64,000 nt of DNA from Tubiluchus corallicola. Its lineage: Eukaryota; Animalia; Priapulida. Under the pieces are notes generated by a model, which worked only from the letters and a program-made list of their open reading frames with translations, was not told the DNA's origin and did no database searches. Both the position numbers and the translations under genes were made by a program. Positions 26,456-40,265 of this stretch are shown here, piece after piece. The stretch spans positions 1-64,000 of the forward strand of contig JAQGDQ010000673.1 in NCBI GenBank assembly GCA_030141605.1, in the 5' to 3' direction. Positions within the stretch are counted from its first letter, which is position 1; each line of letters starts with the position of its first letter.

Positions 26456-26956
26456 TTTATTGACAGATTATCTTGTTACACCAAGTGAGACGTATTGCTA
26501 GTAAAATAACATCAATCTTATGTCCAGAAAGAAGAAGTCGTTTAAAATGACCATAGAATAAAAGTAGAACAAATCACACACAAACACAACAAAAAGTTCG
26601 CATGATAGACTAAAAATGTACAAATGTGATAATGAGTTAACAGTAGCTGTAAAAACATGACAAACGTTACTGTCTGTTCAACTGCTTTGCCCTAGAAAGA
26701 CAATTATTGCATGTGGTGGCGAGCACTTTAGGTTGAGTCAAGTCCATAAACGCATCTAACAAACTAAAATCTGCTTCATCATCAGTTCTTAGATCACTAG
26801 TGTAACTACGATGGCACACGATGTGTTCTTCGTCTTGCACAAGACCACAAATAGATTGACGTTGGTGGCGGGGGTGATTCTTGCCCAGCGTCCTGTTTCG
26901 ATTCGCAGATAATGAGCTCCCAGACGGTGTGGTTACGACTATTCTTTCGTGTTTAA

Positions 26957-27415
26957 CCCTTTCAGTCCCAAATTGTTTTTTAATAAGAGAAAAATTTTGG
27001 CTTGGTACTTTTGTTCAGTATGTCCATCTTGTTTACACATAATAATTATTTTTTTATTATGCGCCCGTGTGCTAAATATAGCCTGTATCCCACGGGATAC
27101 ATTGAGATTCAATGGAAGCATAAAATGTGCTTCATTTTGCAACTTCTGATAATTTTTTAAAGTATTTAAGATATTTAGTATCCATGCTATGCTGATCTGC
27201 ACAATGTCGTCTCTAAAGTACTGTACCTTGCACAGTTTTTTATGCTACGTAGATTTTCTAGTTTGCCATTTTATCACCATTTTTAGTCAATTGTTATTGG
27301 CTTAGATCAAAATAACTATTAACAGATCAAATAACAATGTCAATTTTAAAATTTTATTAATTTTAAAAGCAGAAAATATTCTCGTATTCCACGGGATACA
27401 ACGGGTATGAAAGGG
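26957..27415. mobile_element. piggyBac-type MITE
   Basis: TTAA-ccctttca ... tgaaaggg-TTAA. Confidence 0.8.
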
Positions 27416-27704
27416 TTAACAAACTAGGCTCATTGAGATGCTATTACTGTATTCTCAATAATCATAGGACAAATATCATTGCTGGTTGCTTCAACCGATT
27501 TGACATATTGTGCAATATTTTTTGTAGCGGCAAGTGAATTTTCTTGATTATAACTTTTGACAATCTTAGTAACATCGTATTAGCTTTATATAGACATTTA
27601 ACATTGTATGATTAATGTACTAACGTGTGTTATATATATTTTATATGCGTACATATAATTAAGCTAAACATATAAAAGAAACTAGAGGCCCATTTATGCA
27701 AATA

Positions 27705-28201
27705 CACTCAACCTGGTTATAAGGTACTCGCTTAAAAGGACACTCGCTTATAAGGGACCACCAACACCTTTCCCGATTTTTCGTAACGTTTTTCCTATGT
27801 AAAAATCTTCGTATATACGGTACTCGGATATGAGAGATTTTCGGTTATAAGGGATGATATCTTCTGGTCCCGCGTAATCGAAACTCAGGTAAATTACCTC
27901 GCATATAAGGGACCCTATGATCAAAGCGAAATTGATCGATTTTTAACCTCAATTTTTCACAAACTCGACCTTCGAACAGCTCGGTTTCCGCGGTCACATA
28001 CATATCGCATCACTGAAGGAGCTTCCTACATACCGTTTGCACTGAATGTGTAGCAATAATCCCTAAAAATATGGGTAAAAGTACAGAAAAGTACAGGTCT
28101 AGATACACCCTCGGTCTGGCTCAACTTCGGCTATAACGGACATCGGTTATAAGGAACGGTTTTTCCAGTCTCGAGGTGTCCGTTATATCCGAGGTTGACT
28201 G
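27705..28201. mobile_element. Tc1/mariner(Tigger)-type MITE; same family starts again near 63878
   Basis: ta-cactcaacctggttataa ... ttatatccgaggttgactg-ta. Confidence 0.7.
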
Positions 28202-28709
28202 TATGTATTTTAAAATAAAGGACTAATCATCTTCATGAAATAATAAGATTAATAATAATAATTACCGTTTTTGGTGAACCAATGGTGCACGCTGGGATAG
28301 TGAACCAGTGGCATTTAACCAAGCGGCGCGTTGATGATAAATAATTACGAATTTTCTTTTCCGGTTGTAAAAGTATTAAAAAAGGGGTTTCTACCTTTTA
28401 AAAGTACCTCGTCTTCCCCTTAAAACAAAGTGCAGAGCCAATGCTGGTTTATCGGGTTACTCGGTTTGACATAATTTGCCATAATTACTGTCTGTCGCAT
28501 ATGAATAAAGTTCTATTTTTAATTTTGATTGGCTAAATTGAATCATGTCAGTTACAATGAATAACAAACTAGCGGGCGTTTAGCTTTCAAAGTTACTAAC
28601 AAAAGAAAATTTGCCATTAATTTTCCTGTCGAGTTATACATACAGCAGTCACTAATTACTGTTACGTCAGAAAAACAGACTGCTAAGTTAATGGGTAATA
28701 AAAGCAAAA

Positions 28710-29560
28710 CTCGTCATCGTCATCAGCATTATCATGATCATCAAAATCATCATCGTTGTCGACGTCGTCATCGTCATTTTCGTCATAGTTGTTGTCATCA
28801 TTATCGTCATTATCATCGTCATGATCACCATCACATCATCATCATCATCGTTGTCGTCGTCATAGTTGTTGTCATCATTATCGTCATTATCGTCGTCATG
28901 ATCAAGTTCATGATCGTCATCACATCATCATCATCATCACCATTATCGTCATCGTCATTGTTGTTGTCGTCATCATTATCATCATCACCATTATCATCTT
29001 CAGCATCACCATCATCATCATCTCCATCTTCATCGTTGTCGTCGTCGTCATTTTCGTCATAGTTGTTGTCATCATTATCGTCATGATCATGTTCATGATC
29101 ACCATCACATCATCATTATCATCATCATGATCAATATCATCATCGTCATGTTCATCATTATCATCATCATGATCATTATCATCATCATTATCATCATCGT
29201 CATTATCATCATCATGATCATGTTCATGATCACCATCACATCATCATCACCATTATCGTCATCGTCATTGTTGTTGTCGTCATCATTATCATCATCACCA
29301 TTATCATCTTCAGCATCACCACCATCATCATCTCCATCATCATCGTTGTCGTCGTCGTCATTTTCGTCATAGTTGTTGTCATCATTATCGTCATGATCAT
29401 GTTCATGATCACCATCACATCATCATTATCATCATCATGATCAATATCATCATCATTATCATCATCGTCATTATCATCATCATGATCATGTTCATGATCA
29501 CCATCATATCATCATCATCATCATGAACATCATCATCATCGTCATCTTCATCATCATCAT
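28710..29560. repeat. (ATC/GTC)n tract with an internal ~310-bp duplication
   Basis: Direct inspection; ORFs 28920-29108 and 29236-29418 are near-identical. Confidence 0.9.
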
Positions 29561-29972
29561 AGCCACGTTGCGTAATTTCCAAACTACCGCAAACAGTTCA
29601 TAAATCAGAATCTTTGCGTTTTTCGTTTTGCTGTTTGTGTTTTGCGAAATAGTTTATTTGTAAACAAAGCATGAGAAAAATCTAATATTGAAAACGCCAC
29701 CTGCTGGCGTGTTATTGCGCTATCTTCTGTCCACAAGTGATGAGACATCGTTATTAAAACCTAAAATGAGATTTTCGTTTGTTAGCCAGGTAACACAACT
29801 CACCTGTTTATCAGGGCTGAGCGGCAGCGTTTGATATCAAGTCAATTATGTTTATTAACCAAATGAATATTTCCGCCTTCCGAGTTCAAAGGAAAACCCG
29901 TTGTCAACATCTAGGACATAATAGTAATAATATGTGATACTACAGCTCGTGTCTAATTAGTGAAAAGAACAA

Positions 29973-31075
29973 AATACTAATGTAATAGTAAGACTTGGGG
30001 CAGAGATGCTCTACATTCGTTTACTAAGACGATAGCTTGTTTCTCTGAGCAGTGAAGGACAGTGAAATACTAATGTAATAATAAGACTTGGGGCAGAGAT
30101 GCTCTACATTCGTTTACTAAGACGATAGCTTGTTTCTCTGAGCAGTGAAGGACAGTGAAATACTAATGTAATAATACGACTTGGGGCAGAGATGCTCTAC
30201 ATTCGTTTACTAAGACGATAGCTTGTTTCTCTGAGCAGTGAAGGACAGTGAAATACTAATGTAATAATAAGACTTGGGGCAGAGATGCTCTACATTCGTT
30301 TACTAAGACGATAGTTTGTTTCTCTGAGCACTGAAGGACAGTGAAATACTAATGTAATAATACGACTTGGGGCAGAGATGCTCTACATTCGTTTACTAAG
30401 ACGATAGCTTGTTTCTCTGAGCAGTGAAGGACAGTGAAATACTAAAGTAATAATACGACTTGGGGCAGAGATGCTCTACATTCGTTTAGTAAGACGATAG
30501 CTTGTTTCTCTGAGCAGTGAAGGACAGTGAAATACTAATGTAATAATAAGACTTGGGGCAGAGATGCTCTACATTCGTTTACTAAGACGATAGCTTGTTT
30601 CTCTGAGCAGTGAAGGACAGTGAAATACTAAAGTAATAATACGACTTGGGGCAGAGATGCTCTACATTCGTTTACTAAGACGATAGTTTGTTTCTCTGAG
30701 CAGTGAAGGACAGTGAAATACTAAAGTAATAATACGACTTGGGGCAGAGATGCTCTACATTCGTTTACTAAGACGATAGTTTGTTTCTCTGAGCACTGAA
30801 GGACAGTGAAATACTAATGTAATAATACGACTTGGGGCAGAGATGCTCTACATTCGTTTACTAAGACGATAGCTTGTTTCTCTGAGCATTGAAGGACAGT
30901 GAAATACTAAAGTAATAATACGACTTGGGGCAGAGATGCTCTACATTCGTTTACTAAGACGATAGCTTGTTTCTCTGAGCAGTGAAGGACAGTGAAATAC
31001 TAAAGTAATAATACGACTTGGGGCAGAGATGCTCTACATTCGTTTATTAAGACGATAGCTTGTTTCTCTGAGCAG
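29973..31075. repeat. 93-bp minisatellite, ~12 copies
   Basis: acttggggcag anchor at 29993, 30086, 30179... Confidence 0.95.
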
Positions 31076-31461
31076 CCGTATATCTCCAAACGTTGTGGTG
31101 GAGTGAAGTTAAACTTAGGGTCGGGCATGATCTGTCTCTGTTCGTTTACTCCATACCAGCGTTTTTCTTTCTGTCCCTCCCTCCTCTCCCACTCCCATTT
31201 CTCTGTGTCTCGCCTTCCCCTCTTCCTTTTTATGTCGCTCTCATTTTCTCTCTCCCTCTCTTTCTCTCTCTCTCTCTCTCCCCTCTCTCTCACCCCCTCT
31301 CTCTCTCTCACCTCTCCCCTCTCTTTCTCTCTCTCTCTCCCCTCTCTCTCACCCCCCCTCTCTCTCCTCTCCCCTCTTTTTCTCCTCTTCTCTCTTTCTA
31401 TTCCCTCTCTCTCTTTCTCTCCCCTCCCCTCTCTCTCACCCTCTCTCTTTCCCTCCCCCCA

Positions 31462-31514
<53 letters not shown>

Positions 31515-33329
31515 TCTATCTCTCTCTCACTCTCTTTCTCTCTCGTCGTCTTTCCCTTTGTGAATCTTTTTCTCTCTATCTTCCTTAATTTTCTCTCTCT
31601 CTCCCTCTCCTCCCTCCCCCATCTATCCTACTCTCTTCTCACTCATTTCCTATCTTTGCTAACGTATTTTCCCAGACTGTTTGCATTTTATCGTGGAAAC
31701 TTTTCAAGTTGTAAATTCTGTACTTGTAATTTCGTATTCGAGCGGTATTCAGCAGAAACACTTTCGATCACACCACGATACGTCTAAGCGGAATAACAGC
31801 AGAATAATAATTAAGCAGAAGCAGTAAGGGTTAGTGTCTCTTACTGACCACTGACAGACCTCTGTCTTCTGTTTGGCTTACACAACTTTCCTCAAACATT
31901 GTATCTTTTTCTTCTACACATGAGTGGCATAGATACAGTGGACACGTGGAGTGGGTGAATATCTGGTAGTTGTGGAGTAGTCACTTGGCAGCATAGGTGG
32001 ACTACCCACACTTTACTGTTGATGTACAACGTGGAGTAAGTGGACATTTGGCAGCGTAGGTGGACCACCCACACTTTACTGTTGATGTACAACGTGGAGT
32101 GAGTGGATATCTGGTGGATGAATACAGTAGTGTGAATGGAGACTTGGCAACTGACACGGCCAGTGGAGCGAGCAGACATTTTGGAGTGGATGAACTAAGT
32201 GGTGTTATTGGCTACTTTGCAGTGGGGATAAGTTCAATGAAGTAAGCAGACATATGGTGGCGGATGAATATAGTGGAGTATATGGACACTTAGTAATGGA
32301 TTCATACAACACAGTGAATAAAAACGGCAGCGGATGAATGCAGTGGACTGAGTGGAGTGACTGAACGTAGAAGTGAATATATTAAATCTTTAGGGTTATT
32401 GTTATATAAATATATATACATTATCATCATATATATTATCATTATATAAATATATAATATATTATATAATTATATATATATAAAGATCTTTACTTGCCAT
32501 AAAACAATGATAGTATACATTATACAATATGAAATATCATTCAGTGATTTTGCGTGGGCTACACTGCTAATAGGCAAATGCGTCTGGTGTAAAAAATTAG
32601 AACTAAGAGTGCAGTAGGGATGCATAAAAATACAAGTAATAAAGCAAAAAATGATATTAGCTACATTAAAAGGCTCATATCTAAAAAAACTAAGCACACT
32701 TTTACAAGTACAGTCTCACATAAAATAATACATATCATACACATCATAATGCTCAATATAATGCCGAAATTGTACGTGCGATTTTTAAATTAATTTATTC
32801 TAACACTGAAATGCATTCTGGCTTTAAGTTAAGGTGTAATAAATTCATTTTAAATCTCAATTTTATAACTATATCGTAGACGATATCTGTAGCTACACAT
32901 ATTACATTTACGCGCACTAATCTTGACAAATCGGCGATCGAGTGTATCCAGACCTCGTAATTAAGCAGTTGCCAGGCGAACACTTATCATAATTTATGAA
33001 TAATTAACAAAATTAATTTTGCAAACGGCGCCACGTTGCTTACAAATTCGCAAGTTAGCGATAAGCCATCGACGCTCTTCGCACAGCGTGAGTCTGCGCC
33101 GTGGCATTCAAATAATTTTATTTCTCTCTCTTCAGCAACCATTCCCCGCGGGCGATTATTAGGCTGTCCTAATATTGTTAAAGACACGCGTGCAATACTG
33201 ATTAAATTTATTGCAATGTTGTAAAACTACGTTTATGATTATTGACTGTAACACAAGAGAGCTCGACGGTCAAGTAGCCAGTTCAGGAACGAAGATTAGG
33301 GTTTGTTTTCCACACAGGCATCTAGTAAG

Positions 33330-33701
33330 TAGGGGTGAGCATTCTCTACCAGAAAGCGAACTCGAATCACACCGAATTTGTGACTTTCGAATTCGAATCG
33401 AACCGAACTTCAATGTTTCGAATTCGAACCGAATTCGAATTGAGATTGAAAGATTTTCGAACAAGTTTTCGAATCACCAGTAAAAATTAGTCTTACAAAG
33501 ATCATGCATATCACTAGATTTTGTTCTGCAATAAAACGACTAGTAATTTCTTTAAAATTGTGCACAGAAATATGTGATTGAAGTGCTGAATTATTCGAAT
33601 CTATAGTTTTGGATTCGAATCGAGTTCGAACTGAAAAAACTCGTTCTAATCGAGATCGAGCATTCGAATTCGATAACTCGAACGTTCGATGCTCTCCCCT
33701 A
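33330..33701. mobile_element. hAT MITE rich in TTCGAA
   Basis: TIR tagggg(t/a)gagcat; perfect 8-bp TSD ctagtaag. Confidence 0.88.
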
Positions 33702-34673
33702 CTAGTAAGCTTTTTAATGGGGCAAATATTGCCAAGAATAGTCTGCAGTATAAGGAAAATCTGCATTACAACCGTGTCAACTTATGGTTGAGATCAGTTA
33801 TTCATGAGATCCACGGTGCCAAATTTTGCAGACGCCCGTTCTTACTTTTAATCAAAATATTAGTTTATGAAGTCAAAGAGTCATAAAAATCCTCCCTACA
33901 TAAACGAAATGTTTGAAATGCAAAACTCAGTCTGTCGTTTGACAGAAGACCAAATGCTAAATTGTAGGAACTACCAAATACGAGCAAAATCAGACCTAAT
34001 CTTAAACTGGAGGTCAAAACAATCTGCTCTTTAAAACATCGAAAAGAAACATACTATTTTTTCAAAAATGACTTACATGAAAGAATTATTACCACAAAAA
34101 CGCTATTTCACGTTCGCGCCGCTAGTTTTTCGCTGTTACATGCATTTCGCCATTTCTTAGTTAGACGGGCACTAGCACCTGAATTTCGGAAACGCATTGC
34201 ACAAAAAACAGGTGCTGTATTTCACTGTTCAGATGTGTTAGTTTGTGATGAGCTGCACACGTTCGACAGCTCATGCGTGAACACAGGGGTAAATTTGAAA
34301 TTTGAATTTTTATCTTAAAATTTTCCGAGTCTCAGTACACCACACTGAACATCTTACAGTAGCACCGTACTCCGATTTTTGTTTTTGCAAACACGTGCAA
34401 CACGTTTGTGGAATGTTTGTGCTGATGAAAATTATATTTACTTGTGATGTCAACATCAAAAGCTGGGCTCGCCCGGTAACTAAGAGTTTAATCTATTGTC
34501 TAATTATCAGAAACGCTCTTGCATTATTAATTGTGTTTAAAGTGTATACGTTTCATCGGACTTGAAAATGAAGTAGGATTATGAAAAATCATGTTGTCTT
34601 CCTTTAAGTATAAAGATTCAAATGTGTGGATTGGACTTAAAAATGATAAAAGAGCTAATTCCACGCTTAGTAT

Positions 34674-35077
34674 TGTAACGGATCCGGGTTCCATTCCAGG
34701 CGGCAATTTCGGATCCCACTTATGTGCACCAGTGTAACGGATCCGGGTTCCTGTGCGGATCCGTCTCAGGATGTATAGAGCGGCATACAAGTTGTGAAAT
34801 ACTTTACAGCAGACGAGAAAAGTAAAATGATCCGGAATGCGAGTGTAAATTAAACTTTATTGCACAACCGGTAAATCCAAAAGAATAACATGTGAACAGA
34901 CTTTTGCATAAAAATTAGCAAGCCCACAGCATTCACCCTTACAGTCAGAAAGGTCGGGTTGGAATCGTAAAATTACGCCATGCATTCTGTTTCATACAGG
35001 TACATTTGCATTACTGGGCTTCTCAACCACACCCATTACTAACATTAGGAGGTTGGTCAAAATCTGCCTTCGTAACA
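34674..35077 (-). mobile_element. Possible solo LTR
   Basis: tgtaacg...cgtaaca (TG...CA) ends, 4-bp flanks gtat/atat, AATAAA on the minus strand near 34856. Confidence 0.4.
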
Positions 35078-35345
35078 ATATTTTTGTAAATAGAATTAAT
35101 TACTATTATTCTTTATGACAAATAATTGTTTTATTTCCGAATACACGAACACTTATTTAGACTGCTTGGAAATATTCTTTTGACAACGTTTCACGAGATT
35201 ACGTAAGATACACTTAGAATGGAAAGCAACTCAAGATGGCACACTCTGTAATACCTTCTTAGCGAGAAAACGCACTGCCGTTATTTACGCACGAGCAGTA
35301 CTATTAACACAAAACCGGCACAATAATCATTTTTTATGTTATCAC

Positions 35346-35716
35346 TAGGGGTGAGCATCGAACGTTCGAGTCTATCCAAAACTATAGATTCGAATAATTC
35401 AGCACTTCAATCACATATGTTCTTTATCACTAAAACGAATGAAACATCATTGAATTAGGATAATTTAGCTGTGATTTCTGCGCACAATTTTAAACAAATT
35501 ACTAGTCGTTTTATTGCAGAACAAAATCTAGTGATACACATGATCTTTGTAAGACTAATTTTTGCTGGTGGTTCGAAAACTTGTTCGAAAATCTCTCAAT
35601 CTCAATTCTTGTTCGGTTCGAATCGCGAAACACTGAAATTCGGTTCGATTCGAATTCGAGAGTCACAAATTCGGGTCGATTCGAATTCGCTTTCTGGTAG
35701 AGAATGCTCACCCCTA
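35346..35716. mobile_element. Second, oppositely oriented copy of the hAT MITE at 33330
   Basis: Same TIRs; TSD gttatcac / gatatcac. Confidence 0.85.
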
Positions 35717-37655
35717 GATATCACTAGCAAGAAGTATCCGGCGATGTCATAAACTGTCTAGCTTCTAATCACAAATTCTAATAATAACGTCTTAGCTCAT
35801 CTTTGCTGTAAGAAATGAACGTTCTTGATTGTGAAGACTTAGACCCGTGTCACACACAAAAGGGCGTAAGGAGGAAGCCATGATCCATAATCCGTAAGTC
35901 ATCAGGCGTCTTCCATCTTTGATCGGATGTGGTGTTGACAAGCCACTGGCGTAGCAGTGTCTAATTTTTTGCTGCATTGCTTTTGCGTTTACCTGTCTGA
36001 AGGCAGATTTCTTTTATTTTAGAATTCTGCCTGCCCAATGTCTACAATAGACGTGACGGGCGGATGATGAAAGTGGATAATTCCATTTTTGATCTTCGAC
36101 TTAATCCGCGGTATGTTCCTTTTTCTGCGTCTGAGATAACACGCTACACGCCATACTACTAACGCTGCTGCTAGGTAAAGAAAGTACTGTCGCTCACACA
36201 GTTTGTTGTCACAGTTGTCACGTGCTTAAAAACCGTGTACGTGCATGTTCTTGAACTGCGGGAATTTAGGCTACTCGTAAGCAAAAAATTTTTTTGTTTA
36301 GGATTTTTCCAAGTTTATGTATAAATTTTCGTATGTTTGTTTGTTAAAACTCCAATTACAAATTACAACATAAAAATTACACGTTTCTTTCGTTTTACGC
36401 AGTACTAAAACAATGGCCAATATTTTTTTCTGAAGCAGCACCCCCCCATTTTAACTAGGAGCCGCCACTGAAACTTGGGATGTGCGAATCAAATATTTCT
36501 TACTTTAGTTTGTCAGTTAGCATTTCTATCCCTTCAAAGTGAGCGAACCACAGGATCTGTTTGCTTTAGTTTACATAGTATGGCGTGTTAAAAAACAGAG
36601 GCAGAAATGGACAATATGGCTAGACCCATTAGATGCAAAAGACAATGCAATGGGTAATTCGTATTTCATCAAAATAATTATTCTAACATATCGTATTCGC
36701 GTTGAATGGAATTTTTGTTCATTCTCATTTTAAATCTCCCGCGATAGTGTTGCGACGGCTCTATTACGTGACGTCATATACGCACAACGTAGATCAGGGG
36801 AACTTAAGGCGATGTTAAAGTATGTCCCAAAAAAGTTTCCATGCATATTTATATTACTTAGCTTTTCGTTTACCTGCTGGAAAGACTTATGTAACTAGAC
36901 TAATAATTTAAAGTGTTTGTGCCAATTGGTCAAATGTCGCTGACTCAACCTCCAGGTATTTTTGATCTTATTGAAAAGATACAGTAATTTAAAATTTTAC
37001 TTAATTAGCAACATGTATGCTACGAATGCTCTGATTATTTTTTCAAATAAACTTTAATGTTATCAAAACTTGTTTCAAACGACCTACCATTAAAATGGCT
37101 GCGCCTAACGGTAGTCTAATTTAGATGATTTATACAGCGTTTCTGCCGACGCAAGTCCTGTATTGAAAAAGGCAGTATGTTAGTGGTATAAAATTTCCAG
37201 ACTAATTTTTAACCTTTATGTAAGTGGAGGGTTTTCTTGTGCTTTAAGAACATAAAGTAACATTATTACATTTGAATTTGATTTTAATTTATTTAAACTA
37301 AAGACGTATGAGTAATGTGAGTCTTTATTCAACAAACATTTTAAAACACTTTGTAGCAAAGGCATTAGAACAGCATAATGACAACGATAAATTAGAATGA
37401 CAACGCCATTATGAAAGCAGCAGACGCAAAATGTTTTATAAACCTGCATATTGTAAATCATATGGCAGTAATTGGAATAAATTTACGTGTTTTTTTAAAT
37501 GTCTGATGGACTATTTCTGGCGTTTTGTGGAAGCTAATTCCAAAGTCGAGCAGCTAAAGCAGAGATTCTGAATTTCTCTTCTGGTTAAAAGACAAGAAAA
37601 GGGGTACCTGAAGTAGGTTTCAGAAAATTCGACTTAAAAAATTATATACATTATC

Positions 37656-37735
<80 letters not shown>

Positions 37736-39169
37736 AGAGAGACAGAGAGAGAGTGAAAGAGAGAGAGACAGAGACAGACAGAGAGAGGGAGAGAGGGGGT
37801 GGCAGAGAGAAAGAGATGGAGGGGAGAGCGAGAGCGAGAGAAAGACTAAAGAGAGAGGGAGAGGAAGAGAGAGAGAAAAGAGAGAGAGAGAGAGAGAGAG
37901 AGTGAGCGAGCGAGAGAGACAGGAAGAAATTATATTATATACATTATTTAGGTAATATATTACTTTCTAGCAGTTTTGTGAGTATATCGTACTCTCGTTG
38001 AAAGGATTTTTTGTTTGTTTTCAATTTAAATTTCTCGCAATCCTGTTTCGACCGCGCCATTACATGACGTCATATACGCACAACGTAAATCAGGGAAAAA
38101 ACGGGAATTGTTAAATTATGTCCCAAAAAACTTTCCATGCAAAGTTATATCACTTATCAGTTATTTCGCTTACCTGCTGGAAACACTTATGTAACTAGAA
38201 AAGAAAATTACTTATTCAAAATTATTTCACCAGTTAGTAAAATGTCGTTAACTCACCTCTAGGGTGCACCACTCACTAGCCAAAAACTTATTTTAATTTT
38301 ATTGATAAGATACAGTAATTTTAAATTTTACTTAGTTTGTGACTTGTGCGCTACGAATGCTCTGATTATTTTTTCAAACTTTACACAATGTTATCTAAAC
38401 TTGTTTCAAATGACTTGGCGTCAAAATGGCTGCGCCTAACGGTCTTCATGGGAGTTTAAATTTACCCGTTTTATACAGCATTACTGTCGACGCAAGTTCT
38501 GCACGCAAAAAGGCAGTATGTAAGTGGTAAAAAAATTTCAAGACGAATTTTTAAGCTCTATGTAAGTGGGGGGGGGGGGGGGTTCTTGTGATTAAAAACA
38601 CAAGAAACCATTCTTCATAAATACAGCCGGGAAAAATTCGTTTTGAATTTTATATTACTTACCAGCTGTTTTATTGCATTCAGAGCTTGCGTCGACAGTA
38701 ATGCTGTATAAAACATGAATATTTAAATTCCCACGAGCAGACATTTTGACTGTTAGTCGTATGATTAGGTAACATTTCGTAAAGTTCGAAAAATAATCAG
38801 AGCATTCGTAGCGCACGCATCACTAACTAAGCTAAAGTATAAATTTCTGTATCTTGTCAATAAGTATAAAACTGCATTTTTTGGTGAGCCAGTGGTGCAC
38901 ACTGGGAAGGTGATTTAATTAAGTGACTGCATGACCTAGTTAAACTAAACCAGAAACGTTAGCTCTCGTATTTCTATTATGCAGTCTAATTTGTAAGGAT
39001 GACGACGTATCCGATATACAATACAGTCGCCTGCCTAATCACGAGTAATTCGTTATTAAAGGAGAAGTCACCAAAAATATATTATAGATTTTAATTACAA
39101 GATATAGTAATTTGCACATTATAATTTAGTAAATGTCGAGAAATACAATTATCAATTAATCAATTTTCA

Positions 39170-40130
39170 ATTCAATTAATCAATTTATTTCACTCTAGCA
39201 ATACATTACATCAACATACAATATTATTGAAACAAAAAGAAACAGTATAGGTAGAAAAAATGTTGATGAAGTCAAATTAACCAAATAAAAGAGTTGTTGT
39301 ATGACACCTTGAAAGCTTGGCTTGTTAAGATGGCACAAATGAGTGAATGAAAGAATGGTTAGAGTTAGTAGACATGATGGAATGGAAAAAAATAGAAAGA
39401 TTAGGGATAGGAAGAAGGAAGGGAGGGGAGGATGAGTGAATGAAAGAATGGTTAGGGTCAGTAGACATGATGGAATGGAAAAATAGTAAGATTAGGGATA
39501 GGAAGAAGGAAGGGAGGGGAGGATGAGTTAATGAAAGAATGGTTAGGGTCAGTAGACATGATGGAATGGAAAAATACTATGATTAGGGATAGGAAGAAGG
39601 AAGGGAGGGGAGGATGAGTTAATGAAAGAATGGTTAGGGTCAGTAGACATGATGGAATGGAAAAATACTAAGATTAGGGATAGGAAGAAGGAAGAAAGGA
39701 GAAGAAACGACCACAGTGTATGTTTAATTTACATAGAGCTATATTAAAATAACATTATAATTGATTGGAGGCCATATATTGCATGAGACATGGAACCATT
39801 AAAATTGTATTATAAGTATGAATCAAAAATGGTCCTTTTCAAGTACTTTTTTGAAACTATAAATAGTTTTGTGTATTTTTACTTGGACACTTATTTTATT
39901 GCAGTTATTGGGGGCTGTGAATTTAATAAAGTGCCTGGCACTATTAGTACGACAATAAGGGACATGATATTCATTGAACCTCGTAAAGTAATGTTTAGGA
40001 TTTGCTGTAATGGGATTTGCAAAGGAAGTGGGAACCAAGTTGTAGTATGTCTTGTACATATAAATAAACAAGTGAGATATATAACCAAGTCTTCGAGAAT
40101 TATTATACCGCATTCATTAAATAAGGACAT
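39170..40130 (-). mobile_element. LINE 3' fragment with an internal ~74-bp tandem repeat; the same 3' UTR and repeat recur at 62430-63150
   Basis: Minus-strand RT-tail-like ORF (YCRTNSARHFIKF); shared atgagtgaatgaaagaatggttagggttagtagacatgatggaatgg units. Confidence 0.6.
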
Positions 40131-40265
40131 TAATTTCTATTGTGCAGTCTAATTTGTAAGGATGACGAAGTATCCGATATACAATACAGTCGCCTGCCTA
40201 ATCACGAGTAAATCGGTATTAAAGGAGAAGTCACCAAAAATATATTATTGATTTTGATTACAAGA

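Noticed and set aside
19665-29560. Long poly-N/T/Y/V/S/I ORFs (19665, 19696, 24418, 24628, 25956, 28691, 29127)
   Set aside because: Stop-free frames of trinucleotide microsatellites
33330-35716. Inverted pair 33330-33701 / 35346-35716 as the ends of one composite element
   Set aside because: Each copy has its own TIRs and a different 8-bp TSD, so they are independent insertions
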